Positions 20,229 through 30,071 of a DNA stretch of 64,000 nt are shown here, piece after piece. Origin of the DNA: Fidelibacterota bacterium. GTDB taxonomy: Bacteria; Fidelibacterota; UBA8477; JABMPR01. Position 1 is the stretch's first letter. Every line of letters begins with the position of its first letter. The translations under genes and the position numbers were made by a program. The notes beneath the pieces were generated by a model. The model was given only the letters and a program-made list of their open reading frames with translations, ran no database searches and was not told where the DNA came from. The stretch is from positions 167,553-231,552 of the forward strand of contig JAERTG010000023.1 of assembly GCA_016845065.1 (NCBI GenBank), read 5' to 3'.

Positions 20229-23096
20229 CTATAACTCAACTTCCAAACCAATTTTTATTTCACGAGGGGTGGTAAACATACCTGGGTTCTTATAACCATC
20301 GTCTATGGTGTTAAAAGAACTTCGAAACCCTTCCCTATCAATGTCTTTTATAATACCTGAATATGCTCTTCCAGTAGCCCCATTGACATAAGCTGCATTA
20401 TATCGATCCAGCAAATTGTAAATGGATAGATTTAATTTCGCATTGATCCCGAACATCACGGGAAGTCTTAAGAATCCTGTAAAATCAACATGAAAACCTA
20501 GCGCTTTGTGACTGTTATTTGCAGGCAGCACAATATTTACAAGGTCACTACCATCAGGTGGTGAATATGTAAAGGTTGTTCCAGAATTAACATAGCCTGT
20601 AAAGAATGTCCCATAATGCCCAGCCGAGTATCCAGCAGATAAATTGAAGGTGTGCCTTTGGTCCCAACTCATGGTGATCATCTTCTTGACTTCATCAATG
20701 GAGCTACCTGCCCGATTAAAAGTCTGTTGGGCATTGTCTGCATTACCTTTTGTGTACTGAAGCGTATAATTTGCATTGGTGCGAAATCCACCCTTATTGA
20801 AGTCAAACTTGACTTCCAACCCGCGCACATTACCATAATCTTTGTTGGTATAAAGACCGTAACTCACCTGGTTATATGTTGTTACAACTGCGGCACTTAA
20901 CAGGTCATAAATATCTCTGTAATATAGATTGACTTCCAACCCCATTCCTTCGGCAAGCTCTTGCCAAAGCCCGATTTCGTAACTGACTGTCCTTTGGGCA
21001 TTCAAACCTAAGTTTTCGCCACCCAGGTTTCCATTCCCCATAGTCGTTCCAAAATCGCTGCCAACAAAAAATCCATCATTCTGGTAAATGTTTGAGTAAG
21101 CCGGCATCTGGAAAAAATGTCCGTAACTAAAGTGTAATACAGCTCTGTTTCCCAGCTGATACGCCAGACCAAAACGGGGACTTATTTGATAAATGGATTC
21201 TGAATCAAGATACTCAGACATCCTAGATTCGTCTAAAACCTTTACGCTGTCCTGGAGATCATCATCCCAAACTAGTTCAGGAACGCCGAGTGAATCAGTG
21301 ATATAATATGTTGAGGAATTGGATGGATTACGTCTCTGGGACGGATAAACCGTGTTGGCATCAAAAAAATCATATCGCAAACCGAGATTGATGACCATTT
21401 CATCAAACTCCATCTTATCCTGTATATAAAAGGATCCATCAATGGGTTGCTTTTGATAACTATCTGCATTCTCTGTATTAGATGCTGCAAATACGGGTTT
21501 GTAATTCCATTCGTTGACAGTACCAGCGTATAAATTTCTAATCAGGTGATAAGAGCTTGTAATATCATGCTCAGATATTTGAAATCCTGTTTTTAAGCTG
21601 TGTGCATTATTGACCTGCCAGGTCAAATCAAATTTAATGTTTCGGGTAATTGTTTCACGCTCTGTGTGGCCTTTATCTTGCCCACCATAGGCAAAACCGG
21701 GTCCATAGGATTGAGCATAAATGTCATGTATATAGTTATAGACCGTGTCGCCTTCGAAATACCAGAGCCCATTGATCTGACTAAATTCTTCTGCAATGGT
21801 ATAGGATTGAGGATCTTTAAAAAGGTAATTACCATAATAATTGGTGGATTGACTCAATTTAAGATCATAAAAAAATGAGTTGCTGAGCATGTGGTTTAGC
21901 TGGAATGCAATAAAATCCGAATTACCATAATTTTTATTTCTGCCATCAGGTTTGTATTTACTTCCGTGGTCATAACCTATCCATTCATCGTCATTTCTGT
22001 TGAACATGAGAGAGGAGCGAAGTTTTGGTGTTGGTCTAAAGGAAATTTTTGCCAGCAGGGATGAATGTTTACTTGAGCTCATTGAAACGAATGCACTGTC
22101 GCCAGAATGGTCATCGATCCACTCCAGAGAATCTGCAGATGAATAGTCACTCAAATCCCAAACGTTAAAACGTCGGATTCCATTTAAATGACCCGCTGTT
22201 GATTGCTCTCGATAATTAATAAAAAATCCAATCCTATCACCGAGGATTGGACCTGTGAGCATAAATTTATTGTCATAATTTGTGTTTAGCTTGTAATGAT
22301 CCTCCTCGTTATCTGTGAGTCCAAATGGCTTCAAACCCAAAAATATATCTTCTTCACCTTCATAGGTATTAGATGTGAAATAGGTGGCAATAGAGGAGGA
22401 TGCTGAGGCGTGAAATTCAGTGGTACCATTCTTGGTCACTGCATTCACAATACCACTCATGGCGTTGCCATATTCTGCATTAAAAGTACCTGTGATAACC
22501 TCTAAATCTTGTACAGCTTCCGTTTCAATGGTCACTGCAGCACTGTTTCCACCAAAGACTTCATCGACCTGTATACCATCAATCAAGTAACTGACTTCTC
22601 CGCTACGCCCCCCTCGAAAGTGTCCAGCAACGACTCCCGCTTGCATATCTACAACTGCACCAACACTTTCCACAGGAAGAACTGCTATATCATCTGCGGA
22701 AATATTCTTTACTGTACTAGTCTGATCACGCTTAGTCGAGATTTTACTGGCTGTAACAAATACAGTTGCACCTTCCAGCATGCTGCTATTGATGTCGGCA
22801 TCCAAATATGTTGTCCTATTTGTAGAAACTCGAACATCTTCAACAACGTAAATTTCATAGCCTATCATAGAGACTTTTACTGTATAGGAACCAGGTGTCA
22901 AATTGATGATATCATAATAACCATCTACGTCGGTAACCGCACCGACACCCGCTTCTTCAATAATTATATTAACTCCAACCATAAATTCTTTGGTTTCGGC
23001 ATCTCTAATTTTTCCAGCAATCTTGCCTGTAGTCTGTGCAAAAAGACTAGAAGCGATAATTGGGATGGCAATCAGGGTAGTAAGTATGTTTTTCAT
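20229..23096 (-). CDS. TonB-dependent receptor with N-terminal carboxypeptidase-regulatory-like domain (no SusD partner)
   Basis: A CarbopepD_reg-like region (TGKIAGKIRDAET…GYYDI…) is followed by a plug-like segment and a long beta-barrel. The start was trimmed to the Met before the signal peptide. Confidence 0.65.
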   Translation of the reverse strand: MKNILTTLIAIPIIASSLFAQTTGKIAGKIRDAETKEFMVGVNIIIEEAGVGAVTDVDGYYDIINLTPGSYTVKVSMIGYEIYVVEDVRVSTNRTTYLDADINSSMLEGATVFVTASKISTKRDQTSTVKNISADDIAVLPVESVGAVVDMQAGVVAGHFRGGRSGEVSYLIDGIQVDEVFGGNSAAVTIETEAVQDLEVITGTFNAEYGNAMSGIVNAVTKNGTTEFHASASSSIATYFTSNTYEGEEDIFLGLKPFGLTDNEEDHYKLNTNYDNKFMLTGPILGDRIGFFINYREQSTAGHLNGIRRFNVWDLSDYSSADSLEWIDDHSGDSAFVSMSSSKHSSLLAKISFRPTPKLRSSLMFNRNDDEWIGYDHGSKYKPDGRNKNYGNSDFIAFQLNHMLSNSFFYDLKLSQSTNYYGNYLFKDPQSYTIAEEFSQINGLWYFEGDTVYNYIHDIYAQSYGPGFAYGGQDKGHTERETITRNIKFDLTWQVNNAHSLKTGFQISEHDITSSYHLIRNLYAGTVNEWNYKPVFAASNTENADSYQKQPIDGSFYIQDKMEFDEMVINLGLRYDFFDANTVYPSQRRNPSNSSTYYITDSLGVPELVWDDDLQDSVKVLDESRMSEYLDSESIYQISPRFGLAYQLGNRAVLHFSYGHFFQMPAYSNIYQNDGFFVGSDFGTTMGNGNLGGENLGLNAQRTVSYEIGLWQELAEGMGLEVNLYYRDIYDLLSAAVVTTYNQVSYGLYTNKDYGNVRGLEVKFDFNKGGFRTNANYTLQYTKGNADNAQQTFNRAGSSIDEVKKMITMSWDQRHTFNLSAGYSAGHYGTFFTGYVNSGTTFTYSPPDGSDLVNIVLPANNSHKALGFHVDFTGFLRLPVMFGINAKLNLSIYNLLDRYNAAYVNGATGRAYSGIIKDIDREGFRSSFNTIDDGYKNPGMFTTPREIKIGLEVEL

Positions 23097-23199
23097 AGGA
23101 AACTTTATTTTTGGTAAATTCACTTTCAGCGAAATCAAAGAAGCAGCTAGCCCCGGCCACACTCACATGTTTCCGGGGCTAAACTGCAGTTATTTCACC

Positions 23200-26100
23200 C
23201 TATTTAAGCAGTGTAACCTTCATCACAGACGTACCAGAAGCACGTGATACTACAACAAAGTAGATACCTGTACCAACAGAATGTCCATATGAGTTTCTTC
23301 CGTGCCATACAACATTGTAATGGCCAGCTGCATGTCTTGAATCCACAAGAGATGTAACTTTCTGACCTAACATATTGAAGATATCAATTTTAACGTCTTC
23401 TACAGCGGGAAGCTGATATTGTATGTTTACATCGGGGTTGAAAGGATTTGGATATGTATGCATCAGGAACTCGGTAGGTAGAAGAAGTTCATCTTCAACT
23501 GCCACAGCATCACATGTTCCAAACACTGCACCATCCGCATCATATTCTGTCTCGTCACCAATGGGAGTGAGAAGTTGGCGTACATCTAAGGAGACACCTT
23601 CATCAAATACCGTACACTCCAGTCCTGTCATATCCTCAAAGGTTCCAGCTCCATAAGCGAACAAGTAGTTCACAGTATCTCGGGTGGTAAGCGTGATGGT
23701 TCCACTCCAGGTACCAGCTACAGAAGTTTCTGTAAATAGAACTGGATTTGAGAAATCCCACTCATTAGCTGAATGGATTACATATGGTGAATCAGAAGCA
23801 GGATTAAATCCTGACACTGCACTCATATCGACGCTGAATGTGACGTCTACATCATGAGCCGGTGCACATGGGAAACAAGAGTTGAAGCAGTAAGCTGGTA
23901 ATACCATGTCTTCTGTTGGTGTGACTTGTCTATCACCACGAGTATAGTCTGTCGTTGGCAGACCACAGCCACCATTTACTAGCTCCTCATTTTCTTCCCA
24001 ATCACCTTCCCATCCATTGATGGCCGGTGAATTTCTGAATTTCCATGTCACTTCCATATCTCTTGGAAGTTCAAGAGTGTATTCATAAATATCGTCACCA
24101 TCTGGGTCTAACAGTTGATACCCAGTCTGATTGTCGCCAGGTAATGTTCCACCTGCGATAAACACACCTTCATCATGGACAACTTCATCCTGCATATCCA
24201 CGCGGAAAGTCACGTTTACAAGATCTACAAAACCACAACTACCATCATCAGTACACTGAGCATAGCAGGTGTTAACAGTGGTATCATTCACACCAACCTG
24301 AATGTATCTGTCATTAAAGTTATCTGGATCAGCGCAATCCTGGCCTGCAATGTTTTCTTTACCTGACCAGTCGCCTGCATCACCATTCGTGAATGTATAA
24401 TGAGTGAATTGATTATTCATCAAGGTGTAAATCAATGTATAAACACCATCATCTGCAGTTACATCGCCATGAGTTCCATCATCGTACATGGGATTATCAC
24501 CAGGCACACCAAAAGTACCGCCACCGGCCAGGAACATCCCTGTCTCGGCAACTTCGATCATTTCAGTATTCACCATAAACGTGACATCGACTACATCCGT
24601 ATCGTAATAACAGCTACCATCATCTACTGTGGCGGTTGGATCGTAGTTAAGAGCTGTTGGATCCATACAACCGAAAACATCATCAGAGTATATGGCTTTC
24701 AGGTTATCAAACCAGACAGCTCCAGTCATAACATCACCGATTTCTGTGTTCCATGGTGGTGAGACCCATTCAAATCCAAACCCGACAATTTTGTCTAGAT
24801 CCAGGAGATCATTTCCTGCAATTCCAGCCCAACCAGTACGGACAAAACCGTTAGTATATTCTTGTCCACCAGCATTGGATTCTGTTTTTACAAGCGGAAT
24901 TCTGATCTCTGACCAACCTGAACCAGCATCATCATCCAGGAAGTAATCATCCTCGATAAAGGCATAGTAGAATTCGCAACTATCTTTACTCCATTTAGTT
25001 GGATCAGGTTGATCACTAGCATCAACCAGGGTAAATCGGAGTGCCATTGAAGAGTCAATGTTGGTTGGGATGTAGTTCTGAATCTGAAAACTGAGATAAT
25101 TATGACTTGAGATATCAAGATAATCATCAGTAATATGATTCACTGAAGAGAAACCACCATATTGATAATAGTGCTCTATTGTGTAATCAAACTGGCCTGC
25201 GCCAACACCATCTTGCGGCAATCCTGCGCTTGACACGAGTGTGGAAGTAATGGAGTTGACAAGTTCGGATTCAACTGGATAGTCAAACTGCCAGAATGCA
25301 TCTGCGCCAATGGCAATATCTTCAGCAGTTTCAAAACCATTTAATACAAGATCATCAGGCATGACCCATGGTTCGCCATGAAAATAGATATTATCTAAAT
25401 AGATATCACCATTACCATCAAATTTCAATTGGTGAATATCGGTTAGAACCATACCCAGATCAGTATAATGATCTAATCTGATATCTACACTCGTCCAACC
25501 AGTTGATCCAACGGGTAAGGCAAAAGCCTGTTCCCCACTTGAGATACTGATTAGAAAAAGATTCAATGCAGTAGAGTTATCTGACCAGAAATCAACATGC
25601 AAATATCCTTTTGCAGAAACATCGTGAGCAACGCCGCCATCAGTGCTACCAATATTAATTCCCTGATAATTGAGACCAGTATAAAGCATGGTGTTGTTAC
25701 CATCAATCTGTACTTCTGATTGTACAGTTGCTTGACCCCAACCAGGATTGAAGTTCGTCCCTGCTATATCAGTGTATGCATCACTGTATATTGAAATAAC
25801 ATCAGCTTCCAATTCAGTGGGTGTGGGTGCAGCAACAGCTGGACCTTCGAGTACTTCGTCACAACCTACACATTCCATCCAACAGATGGTGTCCATCACA
25901 ACATCATTGAACAAGGCAACGACGCCATATGTAACATCACTGGGATTATCGGGATGAGGGAATGCACATGCAGATCCAACAGCTGGTCTTCCTTCAGGAG
26001 ATCCCCAGCCACCACCTAATAAATATAGAAAACGGTGAGTTCCTGCAGCTACACTTGCAGTTGCTGAATAGATGCCATCATCATTATCATCAGTAAGTTC

Positions 26101-26628
26101 CAGATCCCAGCCTGTCCAACCACCGAAATCACCAGTTGCCCAAATATTTGAACCTTCAGGTACTGTTTCTTCATTCATATCTACTATAAATGTAACATCA
26201 TAGGTATCCTGACAAGGATCACAGGAATTCCAACATGTTGTATCAGCAACAACGTCAGCATCAACAACAGTAAAACCAAAAGTGGCATCACCTTCATCGA
26301 GTGCAGAATCGCAAATTGACTGATCAATTGGTCTTCCCTCTGGGCTTCCCCAGCCACCGCCTATTAGGTATAAGTAGCGGTAAGAGCCTGGAGCAACATC
26401 AGCTATCGTTCCGGAAAAGATACCATCAGCATCAGCATCCGTAAGCTCAGTTCCCCAACCACTCCAGCCATCGACTTCACCAGTAATCCAAATACTGGTT
26501 CCTTCGGGTACGCTAGCACGGGCTGCATCAACTGCAATTGTCACATTGTATGTCTGTGCGGTTAGTAACACAGGTAACAACAGTAGCATTGCAATTGCTA
26601 ATTTTGTTAAGTAACGCTTAGGTAGCAT
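23200..26628 (-). CDS. multi-domain secreted glycan-binding protein (starch-binding-like beta-sandwich repeats + shared 150-aa domain) with T9SS CTD
   Basis: An RBS (ggagga) precedes the internal ATG. Five V.VTF.VDM… beta-sandwich repeats resemble the CBM20 fold. The GWGSPEGRP motif occurs twice. A roughly 150-aa domain is homologous to one in ORF 56014..58344. The C-terminus is …YPNPFNP… CTD. Confidence 0.6.
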   Translation of the reverse strand: MLPKRYLTKLAIAMLLLLPVLLTAQTYNVTIAVDAARASVPEGTSIWITGEVDGWSGWGTELTDADADGIFSGTIADVAPGSYRYLYLIGGGWGSPEGRPIDQSICDSALDEGDATFGFTVVDADVVADTTCWNSCDPCQDTYDVTFIVDMNEETVPEGSNIWATGDFGGWTGWDLELTDDNDDGIYSATASVAAGTHRFLYLLGGGWGSPEGRPAVGSACAFPHPDNPSDVTYGVVALFNDVVMDTICWMECVGCDEVLEGPAVAAPTPTELEADVISIYSDAYTDIAGTNFNPGWGQATVQSEVQIDGNNTMLYTGLNYQGINIGSTDGGVAHDVSAKGYLHVDFWSDNSTALNLFLISISSGEQAFALPVGSTGWTSVDIRLDHYTDLGMVLTDIHQLKFDGNGDIYLDNIYFHGEPWVMPDDLVLNGFETAEDIAIGADAFWQFDYPVESELVNSITSTLVSSAGLPQDGVGAGQFDYTIEHYYQYGGFSSVNHITDDYLDISSHNYLSFQIQNYIPTNIDSSMALRFTLVDASDQPDPTKWSKDSCEFYYAFIEDDYFLDDDAGSGWSEIRIPLVKTESNAGGQEYTNGFVRTGWAGIAGNDLLDLDKIVGFGFEWVSPPWNTEIGDVMTGAVWFDNLKAIYSDDVFGCMDPTALNYDPTATVDDGSCYYDTDVVDVTFMVNTEMIEVAETGMFLAGGGTFGVPGDNPMYDDGTHGDVTADDGVYTLIYTLMNNQFTHYTFTNGDAGDWSGKENIAGQDCADPDNFNDRYIQVGVNDTTVNTCYAQCTDDGSCGFVDLVNVTFRVDMQDEVVHDEGVFIAGGTLPGDNQTGYQLLDPDGDDIYEYTLELPRDMEVTWKFRNSPAINGWEGDWEENEELVNGGCGLPTTDYTRGDRQVTPTEDMVLPAYCFNSCFPCAPAHDVDVTFSVDMSAVSGFNPASDSPYVIHSANEWDFSNPVLFTETSVAGTWSGTITLTTRDTVNYLFAYGAGTFEDMTGLECTVFDEGVSLDVRQLLTPIGDETEYDADGAVFGTCDAVAVEDELLLPTEFLMHTYPNPFNPDVNIQYQLPAVEDVKIDIFNMLGQKVTSLVDSRHAAGHYNVVWHGRNSYGHSVGTGIYFVVVSRASGTSVMKVTLLK

Positions 26629-26686
26629 TATGCTTCCTCCTTCTTTGGTTATGTGAATCATTATAATTCCTTCATTCCTAACATAT

Positions 26687-28294
26687 TCATGCAAATATTA
26701 CCCAGAGTACTAGAACAGTTAAAACCAGTACAATGGATGCTATCACATTAATTTTATTCCATCTAGAGTTCTGATTATCCATGCGTCGACTCATATCAGT
26801 CTGCATCTCAGAGGCCGTCGCAAAAGTAAGTCCGGAGATGCGTTGTCGATCTGGTATGGAAGTGAACAAACTAACTATCACCACGACGCCCACAGAAATA
26901 ACAAACAAGAATACAGCAAAATGTAAAAAGTTCATTGTGGCGAACCATTCAACACTCCCCATTGGTCTGCCTGATTTTGCCATTATCTCGAGAATGAATC
27001 GTGAGGCTCCTAAAACAGCGCCAACTCCAAGTGCAGATATCGCTCCCTGAGCATTTGCCCGACTCCAGAAAATACCAAGAATAAATACTGCAGCAATGGG
27101 AGGGCTGATGTAGGCTTGGACACTTTGGAGATAAACGAAGAGCTGGCCACTTAGCATTGTGATGAGTGGAACGGAGAGAACACCTAAAATGACCATCACT
27201 GTTGTTGCTAGGCGACCAACCAGAACCAGTTCAACTTCTGAGGAATTTGGTCTAAAGTTTTTATAAAAATCAATTGTAAATAAGGTTGAGGTACTATTAA
27301 AAACACTGGCTAGAGATGACATCAATGCCGCCAGTAGGCTGGCAATCACAATACCTTTGACTCCCGAGGGTAGCAAATAACTAGTGACCAGTGTCGGATA
27401 GGCTTCATCACCTGTAGTACCAAAAAGAGCGGCTGCAATTAAACCGGGGAGAACCAGTATAAATACCGGTAAAATTTTGAGGAAGCCCGCCAGGATGGCC
27501 CCTGAGCGGGCGTGGTTAATATTCTTTGCGCTCAGAACTCGCTGAACGATAAATTGATCCGTACACCAATACCAGATACCCAATATCGGCGCTCCGAAGA
27601 TGATTCCTGTCCAGGGGAAGTCTGGATGATCAAACGCCTTGAACATTTGGAAGTATTCTGGGGGTAGCTTGGCCTGAAGTCCAGTAAATCCTCCTACCTC
27701 ATTTAAGCCAAGGAGCGTCAAGGCAATTGCACCCCCAATAAGAATGAAAGCCTGGACAAGCTCCGTATAGATCACAGCGCTGAGACCGCCAGCAATGGTA
27801 TAAATCCCTGTGACAATAATAAGCACAATGGCTGAGGTCATCATGTCCCAACCTAGAATCTTATTGAGCAACAATCCGCCTGCAAAAAGAGTGACGGAGA
27901 TTTTTGTAATGACATAAGCAATGATGGATACTGAAGTGAGATACATGCGACTGGCTTTTCCGTATCGTTTTTCTAAGAATTCAGGCATGGTAAAAACACC
28001 TGATTTCAAATAGAACGGGACAAAAATCCATCCCAGGAAAAGCACCATAAAGGCAGCCAGCCATTCAAAATGACCCACAGCCAACCCACTACTTGAACCT
28101 GTTCCAGCTAACCCAATAAAATGTTCGCTTGAGATGTTAGAGGCAAAAAGGGAAGCACCAATCGCAAGCCAGCCAACATTTCGACCTGCCAGGAAATATT
28201 CCGTGCTATCATTGGTCCGACGGGAAAAGTAAATTCCGATTCCCACTACGAGGAGGAAGTACAGAATAATGACAGCGAAATCCAAACCGCTCAT
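26687..28294 (-). CDS. sodium:solute symporter (SSS/SGLT family)
   Basis: Multiple TM helices are present. The N-terminal SSS signature is FLAGRNVGWLAIGASLFASNISSEHFIGLAG. Confidence 0.85.
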   Translation of the reverse strand: MSGLDFAVIILYFLLVVGIGIYFSRRTNDSTEYFLAGRNVGWLAIGASLFASNISSEHFIGLAGTGSSSGLAVGHFEWLAAFMVLFLGWIFVPFYLKSGVFTMPEFLEKRYGKASRMYLTSVSIIAYVITKISVTLFAGGLLLNKILGWDMMTSAIVLIIVTGIYTIAGGLSAVIYTELVQAFILIGGAIALTLLGLNEVGGFTGLQAKLPPEYFQMFKAFDHPDFPWTGIIFGAPILGIWYWCTDQFIVQRVLSAKNINHARSGAILAGFLKILPVFILVLPGLIAAALFGTTGDEAYPTLVTSYLLPSGVKGIVIASLLAALMSSLASVFNSTSTLFTIDFYKNFRPNSSEVELVLVGRLATTVMVILGVLSVPLITMLSGQLFVYLQSVQAYISPPIAAVFILGIFWSRANAQGAISALGVGAVLGASRFILEIMAKSGRPMGSVEWFATMNFLHFAVFLFVISVGVVVIVSLFTSIPDRQRISGLTFATASEMQTDMSRRMDNQNSRWNKINVIASIVLVLTVLVLWVIFA

Positions 28295-28622
28295 TCAGTA
28301 CTCCAGGAAAAATTGATGATTTGTGCAATAAATCTCATTGGTTAATACTATATAAGTCAAATACCAGACCACTTTTAGCCATACCAATACAGAGCGAGAT
28401 AATCAGAAGAGAATATCGATTTTTAAGTCAGTTATTGTAGGATACGGAGGTGTTTGTATAACAAGAGTTTACAAATACAAATTCAGATAATATTCTGTAA
28501 ATTTTTGTCTTAAATTATTTTTTCTTCATGTAGAATTCGAAGGTCTGTAAATCAGGAGAGTCACTTATTATAGGAATAATAATATTATTATTATAATAAG
28601 TGATATATGATAATGATCAGAT

Positions 28623-30068
28623 TTATTTAAGCCCAAGTTCCTTGCACATCCGATGAAAATTTGGTGGTGCGAGTCCCAGTTTTCCAGCAGCCTCTGTGTC
28701 AGTTCGGCTGTGCTGACGGACAAATTCAAAATACTGTCTGCGAAAGTTTTGTTCTACATCTTTTAGCGGTTTTATGCCCTCTGTGGAGAATACTGGATTT
28801 GTGATGCCATTAGTTGAATCTTGTGCTTGCACGTCCATGGCAAGTTCCACAATATCACGTGTTATGGCATCGCTACTCAGTATAACTAGTCTTTGTGTAA
28901 CATTCTTCAGCTGACGCACATTCCCTGGCCAATGGAATTGTTCTAAAAGGGACCAGGCACCATCTGTTATAACAGGTAAAACAATACTCAGATCCCGACA
29001 ATGATGACCAACAAAATAGTCAATTAGAATGCGGATATCTTCTTTGCGTTCCTTTAAGGCCGGTGCCTGGATATTGAGTATATTCAAACGGTAGTAAAGA
29101 TCTTCTCGAAAGAGATTATTCTTCATTCGTTCTTTTAAATTTTTATTTGTGGCAGCTATTACCCTCACATCAACACGATGACTCTTCTTCCGACCAATCT
29201 TATCCATTTCTCCTGTCTCAAGAACTCGCAGCAGTTTGGCCTGTGCTTGATATGGTAGTTCAGATATTTCATCCAGGAAAATGGTTCCATGATTTGCCTG
29301 TTCGAAGAGACCAGCCTTATCTTCTTTCGCTCCGGTGAATGCACCTTTAATAAATCCGAATAGTTCACTCTCGATTAGCTCATCAGGGATGGCGGCACAA
29401 TTAACAGTGACAAAATTTTCATATCGTCGGCTGCTTTGATAGTGGATGTTCCTGGCTATCAACTCCTTCCCTGTTCCAGATTCACCAATGATAAGCACAT
29501 TTGCGTGAGTCGCTGAATATTTGGTAATACGTTCGCGAACCTTCAGAATACTTTCTGAATCACCCAACATAGGTCGTTCCTGAATAATTCGAGCAATTTT
29601 ATTATCCAACCTGCTCTGTGAACGCATGCGCTCTTGCTCCAACTGCTTTTTTTCTGCTGCATTCATAATTGTCAAAATGAAGTCAGTGGGCTGGTAGATA
29701 AACTCCTCAATATCAGAAGGATATTTTGTACCAAACCAATAGGCACCACTCTCAATCAATTGATTGGCAAAATGCAAGTCGGTCTGATTGATTGTCATTT
29801 TTGTGATAACGATGATCTGGATAGTGGGATCAACTTTTTTCAAGCGTTTTATGAGTCGTTCTCCATATAACCCACCTGATATCTGGTAATCCAGAATGGC
29901 TACATCATACGGTCCCTTTTCCTCAAGCGTGTGAAGGGCATCTTCACCTGTGGAAACGATGTCCCGAATACTGATTCTCTCTCGGTAGGGTGCGATGGTA
30001 TTTTTAATGCGGCGAACGTCAAACTCTTCATCTTCAATGAGGAGTACTCTTATTTGATCCTGTTCCAT
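28623..30068 (-). CDS. sigma-54-dependent response regulator (NtrC family: REC + AAA+ + Fis HTH)
   Basis: The receiver domain carries the phospho-acceptor Asp. Walker A is GESGTGKE. The GAFTGA sigma-54 contact motif is present. There is a C-terminal HTH. Confidence 0.85.
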   Translation of the reverse strand: MEQDQIRVLLIEDEEFDVRRIKNTIAPYRERISIRDIVSTGEDALHTLEEKGPYDVAILDYQISGGLYGERLIKRLKKVDPTIQIIVITKMTINQTDLHFANQLIESGAYWFGTKYPSDIEEFIYQPTDFILTIMNAAEKKQLEQERMRSQSRLDNKIARIIQERPMLGDSESILKVRERITKYSATHANVLIIGESGTGKELIARNIHYQSSRRYENFVTVNCAAIPDELIESELFGFIKGAFTGAKEDKAGLFEQANHGTIFLDEISELPYQAQAKLLRVLETGEMDKIGRKKSHRVDVRVIAATNKNLKERMKNNLFREDLYYRLNILNIQAPALKERKEDIRILIDYFVGHHCRDLSIVLPVITDGAWSLLEQFHWPGNVRQLKNVTQRLVILSSDAITRDIVELAMDVQAQDSTNGITNPVFSTEGIKPLKDVEQNFRRQYFEFVRQHSRTDTEAAGKLGLAPPNFHRMCKELGLK

Positions 30069-30071
30069 ATT

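Noticed and set aside
22509-23117. 202-aa plus-strand ORF, and many other 60-160-aa ORFs antisense to large genes (for example 24400..24762, 37106..37342, 41184..41489, 62291..62785)
   Set aside because: They are embedded antisense in long, well-supported CDSs. Their compositions are Cys/His/Ile-rich with low complexity, typical of shadow ORFs.
28295-28622. Sigma-54 promoter for the symporter downstream of the NtrC-type regulator
   Set aside because: I scanned both strands for TGGCAC-N5-TTGC and found no acceptable GG-N10-GC match. There are only AT-rich palindromes (aataataatattattattataataa). The region is likely regulatory, but no specific site can be supported.
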